From Malacoraja senta (taxonomy: Eukaryota): DNA of 64,000 nt. The notes below the pieces were generated by a model. It saw only the letters and a list, made by a program, of their open reading frames with translations. It searched no databases and was not told the origin of the DNA. This document shows positions 36,517-49,457 of the stretch, piece after piece. The translations under genes and the position numbers were made by a program. The DNA is taken from the NCBI GenBank assembly GCA_038087875.1, contig CM075988.1, positions 25,732,001-25,796,000 on the forward strand, read 5' to 3'. Each line of letters begins with the position of its first letter. Within the stretch, counting starts at the first letter, position 1.

Positions 36517-36832
36517 AGGGGCTGTCCCACTGTACGAGGTAATTCAAGAGTTCTCCCAAGTTTCCCTGATTCGAACTCGGAGAATTACGGTAATAGCCGC
36601 TCGTAGGTACTCGGGGCTCTCGTGGCCATTTTTCAACATGTTGAAAAATCTTCACGAGTCTTCACGAGCTTACCGCGTTTCCCGAGTACCTGCCGTTAGC
36701 GTTATGAGCCGCTAAGAGACGTCCCCGAGCTCCGACGTACCCGCTACCTACATTCTACGTGCTTACCACGAGTTTGATTTATTTAAAACTCGGGAGAGCT
36801 CTTGAATTACCTCGTACAGTGGGACAGGCCCT
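36517..36832. mobile_element. Harbinger-type MITE, family A, exact TAA TSD
   Basis: TAA|AGGGGCTGTCCCACTGTACGAGG...CCTCGTACAGTGGGACAGGCCCT|TAA. Confidence 0.9.
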
Positions 36833-36980
36833 TAAATTGAGGAACGACTGAATTCCATCCACCAGTTAGGGAAGTCATTAAACACATTCTAAATGAACGC
36901 AAGACTGCCATCAGCTAGTGGTTTTATATGACACGCTCTTTGCCAGGCCTACAACCGTATTAAATCCGATAAAGTATTGG

Positions 36981-37125
36981 GTGGGAAGGAACTGCTGATG
37001 CTGGTTTACACTGAAGGTAGACATAAAATGCTGGAGTAACTCAGCGGGACGGGCAGCATCTCTGGAGAGAAGGAATGGTTGACGTTTTGGGTCGAGACCC
37101 TTCTTCAGACTGAGAGTCAGGGGAG
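36981..37125 (-). mobile_element. Penelope terminus
   Basis: GGAAGGAACTGC.GATGCTGG...CTTCTTCAGACTGAGAGTCAGGG on the + strand. Confidence 0.8.
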
Positions 37126-38069
37126 GGGAGGGAGGGGGGGACTAGCTGAGGTTTTGTAAAGGACAAACAAGTAAATTTAAACATTTAATTTCCTGGCATC
37201 TTCCACAGAGCCAGTTTTGAAGCATATTCAATCATCCCAGTGGAACAATCATAGACCATTCCCAGGGTTCATACCATTGACCGTTCCATTTATCAGGCAG
37301 CTTTGCTGTCACTCACTATAGTTGTCTGTCACTCTGGTGTGCAGCCATGGTTTGGCTACAGTGCAGGATTGCAACTAATTACAGGCCCTGGCAGCTATTT
37401 GCAGCAGTGTGCTTGGGACAGGACGCTTCCTTGACCAGCCCAGCTTGTCTTATCTGGCTGTTATCGTCAGGAGGTTGCAGCTTGTGGCTTTGAGGGACAG
37501 TTGTGCAAGTGTTCTCCTGTTTGCTCGTACACTTTCTGTCTGAAGAAGGGTCTGGACGCAACATCCAGAGTTGCTGCTTGTCCCCGCTGAGTTACTCCAG
37601 CATTTTGTGTCTATCTGCAATTCCTTCCTACACTGCTCATGCATGGTCTGCTCATGCACGGAGTCATCCACAGGGGCCAGATCTGCCCATTCAATGGGCT
37701 CGCTATAGTGACGTCAACTCAGCTGCTGACTGCTCAGCTCATGACTCATGAAGTCGTGTCTGATGATAGACACAAAAGCTGGAGTAACTCAGCGGGCCGG
37801 GCAGCATCTCTGGAGAGAAGGAAAGTCATGTCTGAAGCAGTTTATATCAAATTTCATTCATTATCTACAACTGTCCAAACCCTTTCTCCACCCCCAGCCC
37901 TCCTCTCCCCCACCTCCCACCTCTTGGCTCGGTGTCTTTCATCTCTTTGCCCAGACGTGGAGATGTAATTCTCCATGAGTTTCACCAGTCTACTGGCACA
38001 ACACTCCATGGCGGTTCGTCCTTTCAGATTGACGCCAGGGTTATTCCACCAGGGCAAGGTATCACCTAA

Positions 38070-38520
38070 ACATATGGGTTAACATATGATGAGCGCTTGA
38101 CGACACTGGCCTGTACTCGCTGGAGTTGAGAAGGTTGAAGGGGGACCTCATTGAAACTTACCGAATAGTGAAAGGCTTGGATAGAGTGGATGTGGAGAGG
38201 ATGTTTCCACTAGTGGGAGAATCTAGGACCAGAGGTCAGAGCCTCAGAATTAAAGGACGTTTGTTTAGGTAGGAGATGAGGAGGAATTTCTTTAGTCAGA
38301 GGGTGGTGAATCTGTGGAATTCTTTGACACAGAAGGCTGTTGAGGCCAAGTCATTGAATATTTTTATGGCAGAGATAGATAGATTCTTGATTAGTATGGG
38401 TGTCAGAGGTTATGGGGAGAAGGCAGGAGAATGGGGTTATGAGGGAGAGATAGATCAGGCATGATTGAATGGCAGAATAGACTTGATGGGCCGAATTCTG
38501 CTCCTATCACCTATGACCTT
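38070..38520 (+). mobile_element. CR1 ORF2 C-terminus and tail
   Basis: YSLE.RRL.GDLIETY..; RRNFFSQRVVNLWNSL. Confidence 0.9.
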
Positions 38521-39162
38521 AGGGACCTTGGTAAAATAAGGGGCAGTTCAACCACTTTTATTTTCCACAACGTCTGTAATGTATTGCGCAAGGGGGGAGG
38601 GGAGGGGAGGATGGAGGATGGGTTGGGAGACACGTTGAAGTACTTGAGGAAAACGTAGCAGAGGTATGGAGCAAAACGCAGCCAAGAAAGCTAGGAGAGG
38701 TGCAGTGGGCCGAATGGCCTCCAGGTCATGATGTTATGACTTTGAGGTGTAATTGAAGACCAAGCAACAAAGTCTGAGCCTCAGAGTACTTCAAGGATCA
38801 TGCCTATACGAACTGTAATTGCTCTTTGTCTCCATACAGGATGATTATGCTGGGATAAATAGCCAACGTGTAGTCACACTGGGAGGCTGCACAGTGAGCG
38901 GGATCTCGGGTGGGGAGTGGGGGGGATCAGACTCAGTTCAATTTATTGTCACATCTACCGAGGTACAGTGAAACGCTTTTGTCTGTGCCCTTTGACCCGT
39001 GTCGGGACCAAGACGCAGTGAGATTGCCAGAGTTACAGGTGGTGATTATGTGATAAGTCATCGTCTTTCAATAGAGAGTTAGAAACAGATGTTTCTGTTG
39101 CACATGTGTGCCAGACTGCTGTACTGACGCAGGGTTTACAGAGCGATGCACAGAGAGATCTG

Positions 39163-39900
39163 GTGTAGGGAGGAACTGCAGATGCTGGTTTAAACCAAAG
39201 ATAGACACAAAATGCTGGAGCAACTCAGCGGGTCAGGCAGCATCTCTGGAAAAAAGGGATAGGTGACGTTCGGGTCGAGACTCTTCTTCAGATGCTTTCA
39301 AGATCTACAGAGAGATCTTGGTATCTAAGTCCATAGCTCCCTGAAAGTGCAATGCAAGCAACTTGAATGGTAAAGGAAGTCTATGGTATGCTTGGTTTCA
39401 TAGGTCGGGGCATTGACTCTAGGAGTCGGGATGTTGTGATGCAGCCTTGCAGGATATTGGTTGGGCTGCATTTGGAGTATTGTGTGCAGTCTGGTCGCCC
39501 CATTTGGAAGGATGTGGCTTAAGATTAAGGGGTAGGCCATTTAGAACTGAGATGGGGAAAACCTTTTTCACACAGAGGGTTGTGAATCTGTGGCATTCTC
39601 TGCCTCAGAAGGTAGTGGAGGCCAATTATCTGAATGCTTTCAAGAGAGAGTTAGATAGAGCTCTTAAAGACAGCGGAGTCAAGGGATATGGGGAGAAGGC
39701 AGAAACGGGGAACTGATTGTGGATGATCAGCCATGATCACAAGGGCCGAATGGCCTACTCCTGCACCTATTGTCTATTGGTGCAGAGGAGGTTTACCAGA
39801 ATGATGCCTGGATTAGGGAGAGGTTACTCACATTTGGATTGTTTTCTCAGAAACGCCCGAGGTTGCGAGGAGACCTGAAAGAATTAAAATACAATGATGA
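39163..39900. mobile_element. Penelope terminus (39163-39295) followed by nested CR1 fragments
   Basis: Flank duplication ACAGAGAGATCT(T)GGT; young CR1 tail (about 39517-39778) inside an older CR1. Confidence 0.8.
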
Positions 39901-40197
39901 GGCATAGACTGTCACCCGAATCATCACCTAACAAATACTGCCTCCAGCACTTTGTGTCTATCTTTGGTATAAACCAGTTCCTTTTTATTATATCCTAAAT
40001 TAGATAGGCAGGTGTGAGGAGAGAACAATCAGGTCAATCCACCAGATGGAGCTAGTGAGACAGGGTCTGGACTGGTGGACAATCCAAGAGGCCAGGGTCA
40101 GGAAGGAGTTGGTAGTGACGGACCCACCACCAGTGTGTGCTTCTCTTCCACTTGGGCAATCTATGTGACAATAGGGACCTCATTTAAAACAGATATT

Positions 40198-40493
40198 GTT
40201 TAGTTTACAGATACAGCGCGTAAACAGACACTTCGGCCAACCAAGTCCGTACTGACCAGCGATCCCCGTACATTAACACAACACTACGCTGGGGACAATT
40301 TTTACATTCATACCAAGCCAATTAACCTACAGAACTTTACGTCTTTAGAGTGTGGGAGGAAACCAAAACATTTTCTTAGGAAACCCGCGCAGGTCACGGG
40401 GAGAAGGTAGAGCCAAGCACCCGTAGCCTGGGTTGATCCCTGGTCTCTGAAGCTGTAAGGAAGCAACACAACGGCTATGCCACCGTGCCGCCC
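40198..40493 (-). mobile_element. HE1 SINE
   Basis: Ends GCCACCGTGCCGCCC on the + strand. Confidence 0.85.
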
Positions 40494-41242
40494 ATAATGC
40501 CTTTAAAGCACAATGTGATATTGTACGGTTGTGAAAGATGCTTGATAACCCACTACACTTTGTGCAGAGTGGAGAGACATCACCCTAACCTTACAGGCAA
40601 TGGGGACTGAATGTACGTGAAGTCAAGGCTTGGACTTCAGAACAAGACACACTGTCCTGAATTTCTGCTTCCTTTCCCCCACCCCCATTACAAAGGATTG
40701 AAGGCGCCAACACTGGCCAGTCCCCACACACCACTCAGCTGGAAGTTATTCCCACCCATCTCCACTTCACACTAGCATCAAATCACAATCTTCCTTTTAC
40801 TCAGCCTTCCAGGGAATTCAACCGGTGCGCTCGATGACAAATGGCCCGTTCCTCAGTAAGGATAGTCCTTATTGATTCCCATGGATTCACCAGTTAGCTA
40901 TTGTTGATCACACAAGTGGAACCTCCTGCTTTGTGTCTGAATGCTTGAATGAGGAGCCTCAAACATTATTTTCCTTGAAGTTCAAGCCCTCCTGATCAGG
41001 AAGGTGGCTGCGGTCTTCCCGAGGCAGCTGTTCCCCTGGGCAGTCCCAGTGAGCAGATGAACTATTCCGCCCTCCATTGCTGCCATCTACATACAGCTTT
41101 TCACTGTACCTTGGTATGCGTGACAATAAACTAAACTCAAACTCATCCTTTGAGAAGATACTGAGACTGGTGGCTCCTCTCATGGAGATGGTGAGAGATT
41201 GCCATCATCACCAAGACCGTTACTGCTAGTCTTGGAGAACAA

Positions 41243-41777
41243 CACTAGTTAGAAGGTCCATGGGAAGGTCCACTAGTTAGAAGGTCCATTAGTTAGAAGA
41301 TCCATAGGAAGGTCCACTAGTTAGAAGGTCCACTAGTTAGAAGGTCCATGGGAAGGTCCACTAGTTAGGTCCACTAGTTAGAAGGTCCATGGGAAGGTCC
41401 ACTAGTTAGGTCCACTAGTTAGGTCCACTAGTTAGAAGGTCCACTAGTTAGAAGGTCCACTAGTTAGAAGGTCTACTAGTTGGAAGGTCCACTAGTTAGA
41501 AGGTCCACTAGTTAGGTCCACTAGTTAGGTCCACTAGTTAGAAGGTCCACTAGTTAGAAGGTCCATGGGAAGGTCCACTAGTTAGGTCCACTAGTTAGGT
41601 CCACTAGTTAGAAGGTCCACTAGTTAGAAGGTCCACTAGTTAGAAGGTCTACTAGTTGGAAGGTCCACTAGTTAGAAGGTCCACTAGTTAGAAGGTCCAC
41701 TAGTTAGAAGGTCCACTAGTTAGAAGGTCCACTAGTTAGAAGGTCCACTAGTTAGGTCCACTAGTTAGAAGGTCCAT
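41243..41777. repeat. 16-bp minisatellite with 13- and 12-bp variant units
   Basis: Units AGGTCCACTAGTTAGA, AGGTCCACTAGTT and AGGTCCATGGGA. Confidence 0.95.
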
Positions 41778-41910
41778 ATGTAGCCCATGGAACTCAGCTG
41801 TCACTCTGGGACTTGTTTATGGGAATCCATCCAATGGACCCAAAGTGGCCCACCTCCCACAGTCACACGGCCACTGTTGTTGCCTTTACAACAATATAGT
41901 TCTAAATAAT

Positions 41911-42092
41911 GGTCTATTCTATATACTTCCTTGATCTGCATCTCTATTGATCCCTTACACTTCCATATCTCAGTAACTCTCTATCCCCTGACGCTCAGTC
42001 TGAAGAAGGGTCTCGACCCGAAACGTCACCCATTCCTTCTCTCCAGAGATACTGCCTGCCCCGCTGAGTTACTCCAGCATTTTGTGTCTACC
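41911..42092 (+). mobile_element. Penelope 3'UTR plus terminus with intact hammerhead core
   Basis: CTGAAGAAGGGTCTCGACCCGAAACGTC at 42000-42027; TTCTAAATAAT duplicated at 41900-41910 and 42093-42103. Confidence 0.85.
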
Positions 42093-42384
42093 TTCTAAAT
42101 AATTCACCATCTGCGAGGCACTGTCTTGAGAACGGAAGCAGTGCCGACTCAATCAAGTTACAGAAATAGCCCATTCAACAGGTTGTGCGTGGGGCAGAGT
42201 TCTGAAACAGCCATTCAAGTAACTCCATTTTCCCTACCGCCCTCCAACTTTCTTTCTTCATATTTGTCTAATTCCCAACATTATGACCAGTTTTTTCACT
42301 GAACCATTTAGTCTGTAAAAATAACAGACAAAGATGCAGGAAATAACTGAGTTCAGTGCCTTGTTCACGGAGTTCTCCAGTTAG

Positions 42385-42640
42385 CGGGGCAGCACGGTGG
42401 CGTTGTTGGTAGAGCTGCTGCCTCACAGCGCCAGAGACCCGTGTCCGATCCTGATCTCTGGCGCTGTCTGTGTGAAGTTTGCACGTTCTCCCTGTGATTG
42501 TGTGTGGGTTTTTTCGGTTACTTCCCACGTCCGCAAAACATGCGTGGGATAATTGGCTTCTATAAATTCCCATTCATTTGTAGGGGGGGTGGATGTGAAA
42601 GTGGGAGGGGGCGATCGATGGTTGGCACGGTCTGTATATT
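42385..42640 (+). mobile_element. HE1 SINE (diverged)
   Basis: GGGCAGCACGGTGGCG head and V-domain. Confidence 0.8.
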
Positions 42641-43169
42641 TTCCGCTTAGTAGCCAATTAGTTCCTCTCAAGGCTCTCTCTGTGGGGAAGTGTGCAGAAT
42701 TGAACTAAAACCATCTACGGTTTCCATCTGCCGTTGGAAAAGGCCGCTAGAACACTCTGGTCTTCCTGGTGACCACCCTGGATCGTGAGATGAGGAAAAC
42801 GCCGACCTCCCAGATTACAATCTGCTCTTTCCTGTCCCCCACACAGTTTTCACTCTCTTTATGTTTTCTTTTAAGTCGACTCCATTTGCTGCTTAATCTG
42901 CTCAAGATGAATAAATTGGCCTAGTGGGGATTGTGCAAGGAGATGCATCTGTTCCAGGCAACGTGTTGTGATTCGTGTGGGTGGTGGAGTTTCACCTCCC
43001 TGGCTTAATTCTGAAGTGGATCTTCCAGAAATTCTCAAATTTGCAAATTAGGTACTTGAGCCAGGATCAATCACTTTCCAGATCCAATGAACTTTGCCTG
43101 TGATCTCACAGTCACATTATCCTCACAGCTTCTACACACCTCCAGCTTGCTCTGTTGCCTGATTGGAAT

Positions 43170-43895
43170 TAGTTTAGTGATACAGCATGGAAACAGGTCC
43201 CTCGGCCTGCCGAGTCCATGCAGACCACCGATCACACATTCAATAGACAATAGGTGCAGGAGTAGGCCATTCAGCACTTCGAGCCAGCACCGCCATTCAA
43301 TATGATCATGGCTGATCATCCCCAATCAGTACCCCGTTCCTGCCTTCTCCCCATATCCCCTGACTCCGCTATTTTTAAGAGCCCTATCTAGCTCTCTCTT
43401 GAAGCATTCAGAGAACCGGCCTCCACCGCCCTCTGAGGCAGAGAATTCCACAGACTCACCACTCTCTGTGAGAAAAAGTGTTTCCTCGTCTCTGTTCTAA
43501 ATGGCTTACTCCTTATTCTTAAACTGTGGCCCCTGGTTCTGGACTCCCCCAACATCGGGAACATGTTTCCTGCCTCTAGCGTGTCCAAGCCCTTAACAAT
43601 CTTATATGTTTCAATGAGATCCCCTCTTATCCTTCTAAACTCCAGAGTGTACAAGCCCAGCTGCTCCATTCTCTCAGCATATGACAGTCCCGCCATGCCG
43701 GGAATTAACCTTGTAAACCAACATTCATGCTTGTTCTGTTATCCCACTTTCTCATCCGCATCCTACACACCAGAGGGCAATTTACAGAGGGCCAATTAAC
43801 CTAGAAAGTGCAGGGAGAACGTTCAAACTCCACGCAGACAGCACCCGAGGACAGTAGTGAACCCGGGTCTTTGGTGTTGTCAGGCAGCAGCTCCT
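43170..43895 (-). mobile_element. HE1 SINE interrupted by young CR1 (43240-43715)
   Basis: CR1 ORF MAGLSYAERMEQLGLYTLEFRRIRGDLIETYK lies inside the SINE. Confidence 0.88.
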
Positions 43896-45156
43896 TATCC
43901 AATCTTCTCGTTACCTTCCCCAACATCGAAACGTCACCTATTCCTTCGCTCCATAGATGCTGCCTCACCCGCTGAGTTTCTCCAGCATTTTTATCTACCT
44001 TTGCTTCATTATCGATCGTTTGCCGGATTTCTGCAATTTCCATTATAATGCCGGCCCTATCATCACCTCACCAGCCACATCAGAAATGTCAAGTGGCTAT
44101 TGGCAAGGATTTCTCCAATGGTTAATTGGAGAATTAACCACCTCCGATTGTCAAAGTGCTTTAGCAGGAGTTAATTTCCAACGCACTTCAGAACAAGTGG
44201 CAACATTAGTTTGAAAATAACAAGCAGTGATTGAGCAGCACAAGGTCATGACGCACATACTGGGAGTCCCTGTCCACTGCCTCTCCCCACCCCATCTATT
44301 CATCTCATGTTGCCACAGTCAGCTGGCTGCTAGTGATGCGGCAATGTGCGGGTGGTGGGGGGGAGGGAGCCCGGGACAGCTGAGATGGTTGAGGAGGAGG
44401 GGGGGGGGGGGGGAGGTGCAACGAGGGATCGGGGGTGGGGAGAGCGTGCGTGGAGTAACAATCAGACCAAGGCGCAACAAAACCTTCCAGAGGAGCAAGT
44501 AGTTGGGGGTCACCAACTCAGCCAGGCGAGGATTGTCAACACTGTAAGTGTACAATGGAGCACACTGCCAGCCCGGCAGCTGAGAGGACAAAGGCTACAC
44601 GGGAGAGAGGCAACAATCGCACTGACAATGGCTGGCTGCATCTGCTCACTTATGCCAGGCAAAATATCGGCTGCAACAAGGATTGGTTAAAGTTTGCTGA
44701 CACGTTAATGAAGGTAATCAAGATGGAATTTGGGAAGCGGGCTACATTCCTACACAATGGGCGGTTAGAACCTGCCCATGAGTTGTGGTGTGTGAACTGT
44801 GTGTGTAATATTACATGTAGGAAGGAACTGCAGATGCTGGTTTAAACTGTAATGTTACCCCCAGAGACTGCAGTAACACTCCAACCCTCCTATTTCAATG
44901 AACTTGGCTTCACTACAGAATAGTAATCACTTCCACAAGATTACTCTTCACTCATGCCTGTTTCAGCTCCAGTCCCCACTTGCTCAGTTTCCCTGACAAG
45001 TGTAACTCCTTGGTTCTGTATCAGCCTTGTAAATCCTATTTGTGTTGTTGCTGCCACTTCTGTATCTGTTTTGTGGCCCAGAGATTAGAACTGTGTTTGA
45101 CTCTCGGAGGGAGGGAGAGGTCCAGGATTCATGCAGTTACCAACGAAAATATTGAG

Positions 45157-45482
45157 GGGCGGCCACAGTGGCGCAGCGGTAGAGTTGCTGCTTTACAGCG
45201 CTTGCCGCGCCAGAGACCCGGGTTCGATCCCGACAACGGGCGCTTGTATGTGCGTAGTTTGTACGTCTCCCCGTGACCGCGTGGGTTTTCTCCGAGATCG
45301 TCAGTTTCCTCCCACACTACAAAGACGTGCAGGTTTGTAGGTTCATTGGCTTGGGACATGTAGAAATTGTCCCCAGTGTGTGTAGGATGGTGCTAATGTG
45401 CGGGGATCACTGGTCTGCACAGACTCGGTGGGCCGAAAGGCCTGTTTCTGCGCTCTATCTCTACACTAAAGTAAACTAAACT
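45157..45482 (+). mobile_element. HE1 SINE (full length)
   Basis: A box TGGCGCAGCGG, B box GGTTCGATCCC, V-domain and tail. Confidence 0.92.
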
Positions 45483-46237
45483 GTTGAAGTGTAGACTTGA
45501 TTCAGGAATTGTTTAGGAACAAAGAACTGCAGATGCCGGTTTATACCAAAGATAGACACAAAGCGCTGGAGGGCTCAGCGGCTCAGGCAGCATCTCTGGG
45601 GATAAAGGAGAGGTGAAGTTGAGGGTGTATGTGTTTCAGATTATAATTCCCTTTCTCAACACTAGAATGTTTCAAGTTAACTTCTCATCTTTGCGAAATG
45701 TTCACGTAAGAAATGAAATTGTACTGACAATAAAATGCGCAACTTTAATGCCTTAGGACAAGAAGATGAAGTGAAATTCCTTTGTTACTATATTGATACA
45801 GGCATTGCTTTTCGGTGTTGTCATTTTAAATATCTATTTCAATCTGTTTTGAGCGGTTCATCAGGTTCATGTACTGTTTAGACAAATAGAAACCATGCTT
45901 GCGTTGCAAGCTGGAATCTAATTGAGGGTCTACAAGGTTCATCTTTAGAATAGACATTATCTGAGTGTGAGCCTCAGGCTGTGATTATCAAGGACATGCA
46001 ACACAAACTAGGACCGGTCAAGGCCAGTGTTTAGGCTCCAAACTAAATCCTTCCCAATGCATTTTTTCCGCAGCCTGTTAGATATCCTTCCATTCATTTC
46101 TCCACATTATTTTTGAGCTTCCCCTTGGTTATCCCACAATCACTCTGTGTGTTTGAGAGTTTCAGCTTCTCACCACTTTGTGCAGGAAAGGCCATTCTGT
46201 TTTATGTTTTATTGTCATGTGCCCCAAAACAAAACAG

Positions 46238-46600
46238 CTTACTTCTCTAACTTCAAGTAACCTTTGCCTTCCCTCTCTCTCCATCCCTCCCCCCTTTCCA
46301 GCTCTTCGACGTATGACTGTCCTCGTTTACATTTTATCTGTTGGCTATGTTGTTGCCTTCTCCTAGCTAACAATGATCTATTCTGCATGTCCCTTGATCT
46401 CCATCCCCTTTGTCTTGCTTTCACACCTAACATTTCCTTATCTCGGTATCTCCCTCTCACCTGACTCAGTCTGAAGAAAGGTCTCGACCTGAAACGTCAC
46501 CCATTCCTTCTATCCAGAGATGCTGCCTGTCCCGCTGAGTTACTCCAGCATTTTGTGTCTATCTTTGGCTTAAACCAGCATCTGCAGTTCCTTCCTACAA
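46238..46600 (+). mobile_element. Penelope 3' end (ORF stop, 3'UTR, terminus)
   Basis: TTCTCTAACTTCAAGTAA (FSNFK*) is followed by the terminus ending CAGTTCCTTCCTACA. Confidence 0.88.
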
Positions 46601-46813
46601 CAATGTGGGGCGTATTGGGGATGATTGTGAGGGTTCGATACAGATATTCTCTGGGGGTTTACAGGCAGGAATCACATAATGAGATACAGGGAGAGCATTG
46701 CAGGCTGAAACTTTCTCAGTTTAGTTTATCACCACCTGTACCACGAGGTACAGTCAAAAGCTTTTGCTGCGTGCTAACCGGTTAGCGGAAAGACAAGACA
46801 TGATTACAATTGT

Positions 46814-47128
46814 GCGGCACGGTGGCGCAGCGGTAGAGTTGCTGCCTTACAGCGCTTGCAGCACCGGAGGCTCTGGTTCGATCCTGACTACGGGTGCTGT
46901 CTGTACGGAGTCTGTACGTTCTCCCCGTGACCTGCGTGGGTTTTCTCTGAGATCTTCGGTTTCCTCCCTAACTCCAAAGACAAAAATTGTAGGTTAATTG
47001 GCTTGGCAAATGTAAAAACTGTCCCTAGTGGGTGTAGGATAGTGTTAATATGTGGGGATCGCTGGTCGGCACGGACCCGGTGGGCCGAAGGGCCTGTTTC
47101 CACGCTGTTTCTCTAAACTAAACTAAAC
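46814..47128 (+). mobile_element. HE1 SINE (full length)
   Basis: A/B boxes, V-domain and (CTAAA)n tail. Confidence 0.92.
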
Positions 47129-47510
47129 AAAACATCGAGCCATTTATAGTGTATAGATCGGTAAGAGTTGAGATTTCAGATTGTGGAGTGATTGTAATAT
47201 GGGTTTGTAACGCTGCGGCTGTGGTTAACACGTAAATAGTCGCCTGGGCTCGGCGTCATCTTGGGAACATCCTTGGAAGCAAACTGAGCAAGTGGTTAAG
47301 ATAATCTAAACCAAATATCTGCCACGTTGGAGATAACAACATACTCTCAAATCCACCGATGGTTTACCGAAGACTGTCATAACTGATTTACGGGCTGTAA
47401 ACTAATCAAGTGATCCAGGTAGTCTACATGTCCAACAACAGGTAACTTGGAGTGAGATGCCGACTCACATCAGGGGGTTCAGCGATTTACATTTTGGACA
47501 GTGTAGTGAG

Positions 47511-47818
47511 GGTGACATGGTGGCGCAGCGGGTAGAGCTGCTGCCTCACAGTGCCAGTGACCTGGGGTCGATCCTGACCTCGGACGCTGTCTGTGTGGAG
47601 TTTGCATGTTAACCCTGTGACTGTGTGGGCTTCCATCAGCTGCACCAGTCTCCTCCCAAACGTGCGGGTTTGTAGGTTAATTGGCCCTCTGTAAATTGCC
47701 CCTTGAGTGTAGGGAGTGGATGAAAAAGTGGGATAACATAGAACTAGAGAGCACGGGTGATCAATGGGCCGAAGGGCCAGTTTACATGCTGTATCCATAA
47801 ACTAATCTCTAACTAAAC
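47511..47818 (+). mobile_element. HE1 SINE (older subfamily)
   Basis: Head and tail recognisable. Confidence 0.85.
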
Positions 47819-48081
47819 AAATAACAGACACATGGGAGTGCCTTACAGATTGGAATTTAATTGACAGGTTTAACTGCTTTACATGCTAGATTGGATGACA
47901 GATTGAATTACAGACTGGAATCAAACCAAGTGTTATAGGCGGGTTATAGAGAATTGTGCATTTTTCACATGGTCGTGCTTCCTATACTGATGGATGACAT
48001 TGGCTCAGTAGTCACAAGTCATAGGAGGAGAATTAGGCCATTCGGCCCATCAGGTCTACTCCACCATTCAATCATGGCTGA

Positions 48082-48371
48082 TTTTTGTATGTAATTGTTT
48101 GTAATTGTATTTGTTAGTTTGTATTCAAGATGGCGGTCGGAGGGGAGAGTGGACGCTTGGCGCGGTTTCGTTGCCGCCCTCCTCAAATTGTGCTTCTGAT
48201 TTTCTTTTTGTCTTTTTGGAAGGAATTCTGTCCCTGATTTGTGTATTGGTCTTTTTTTACTTATTTTTTAAATTCTGATTATATGTTTCCTATAAATCTC
48301 TGTAAGGTGTCCTTGAGACCTCGGTATAAGGCGCCCGTAAATAAAATTCATTATTATTATTATTATTATTA
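48082..48371 (+). mobile_element. Retroposon with L2-type tail nested in a CR1 tail
   Basis: TGTAAGGTGTCCTTGAG...AAGGCGCC..AAATAAA(ATT)n; splits ATGGCTG|ATCTATC of a minus-strand CR1. Confidence 0.72.
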
Positions 48372-48799
48372 TCTATCTCTCCCTCCTAACCCCATTCTCC
48401 TGCCTTCTCCCCATAACCGTGACACCCGTACTAATCAAGAATCTGTCAATCTCTGCCTTAAATATATCCATTGGGGGGACTTGGCTTCCACAGCCTTGTG
48501 TGGTAATGTGGCAGAGGATATAAATAAAAGAATTATTAATACTAATCCACCATTTATATTTGGGTTATTAATCTGCCTATAATAAATGAAGATTTCAAAC
48601 GATGTGTGTTGAAGTTTCTGTGTTTGGGGGTTAAGAGTGCAGTGGGAGGTGATTGTACATCTTAAAGGTTCCTGATGCTATTTGACAGGACATTGTGGTT
48701 GCGTGTAAATGCAGTGAGGAGTGATTTTGAACAGCATCACAGAGGCAGACTGAGCAGAATGGCCTTCTCCTGTGTAGCCCCTGCCTCCATCCCCCAGTC

Positions 48800-49151
48800 C
48801 AGGGTGGGGAACCTTTTCATGGTGGAATGCCGCATTAAGTTAGCTGTAATCTAATAAGGCCGCATCCAAGAATCTTCAATTAGATATACTTCAAAATGTA
48901 CATTATTTTGTTAAAATGGCCCTCATGACTTACTAATGTTTTAATTGTGGCCATCAGTCGGGGAGGATTATTTCGTTGAATTCTTCTTTAACTCTTTGGT
49001 ACTTTAAATACGTTCAGTTTAAGATTAAAATAAAATAATAAAAGATGAACAAAAACATACTAATAATAATAAAAGATTTGTTCTACAAAATTTGGATTCA
49101 TTCAAAAGCCGCACTTTAATGGCTTAGAAGGCCGCAGGTTCCCCACCCCTG
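48800..49151. mobile_element. hAT (Charlie-like) MITE
   Basis: TIR CAGGG(G)TGGGGAACCT at both ends; 8-bp TSD CCCCAGTC / CCCCTGTC. Confidence 0.88.
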
Positions 49152-49228
49152 CCCCTGTCCATGTTTACACTATTCTCTGCCCACCACCTTTCCTCTCCCC
49201 AGCCGCTCCTTGGGCCATGAGTAACTGA

Positions 49229-49457
49229 AGGGGCCTGTCCACTTGGCGATTTTTTTTTCGGCGACTGCCAGCATCATTGACTGAGGTATCAGGTCACCGA
49301 ATAACTTGCGGCATGATGAAGTAAGACGCGCGGTGTTTTTTCGAGTGTCGCAACATTTTTTTTGTCGCCGCTGGATTTTGAAATGTCCAACATTTTTTGG
49401 CGAATCTGGATATGGCGCCGGCAGTCGCCGAAAAAATCGGCAGGTGGCACAGGCCCT
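49229..49457. mobile_element. Harbinger-type MITE, family B
   Basis: TGA|AGGGGCCTGTCCACTTGGCGATTTTTT ... AAAAAATCGGCAGGTGGCACAGGCCCT|TGA. Confidence 0.82.

Noticed and set aside
41243..41777. CRISPR- or telomere-like array
   Set aside because: No spacers and not TTAGGG; an ordinary minisatellite.
45157..45240. tRNA gene
   Set aside because: The A/B boxes are the head of an HE1 SINE and continue into the V-domain; the same holds for all similar copies.
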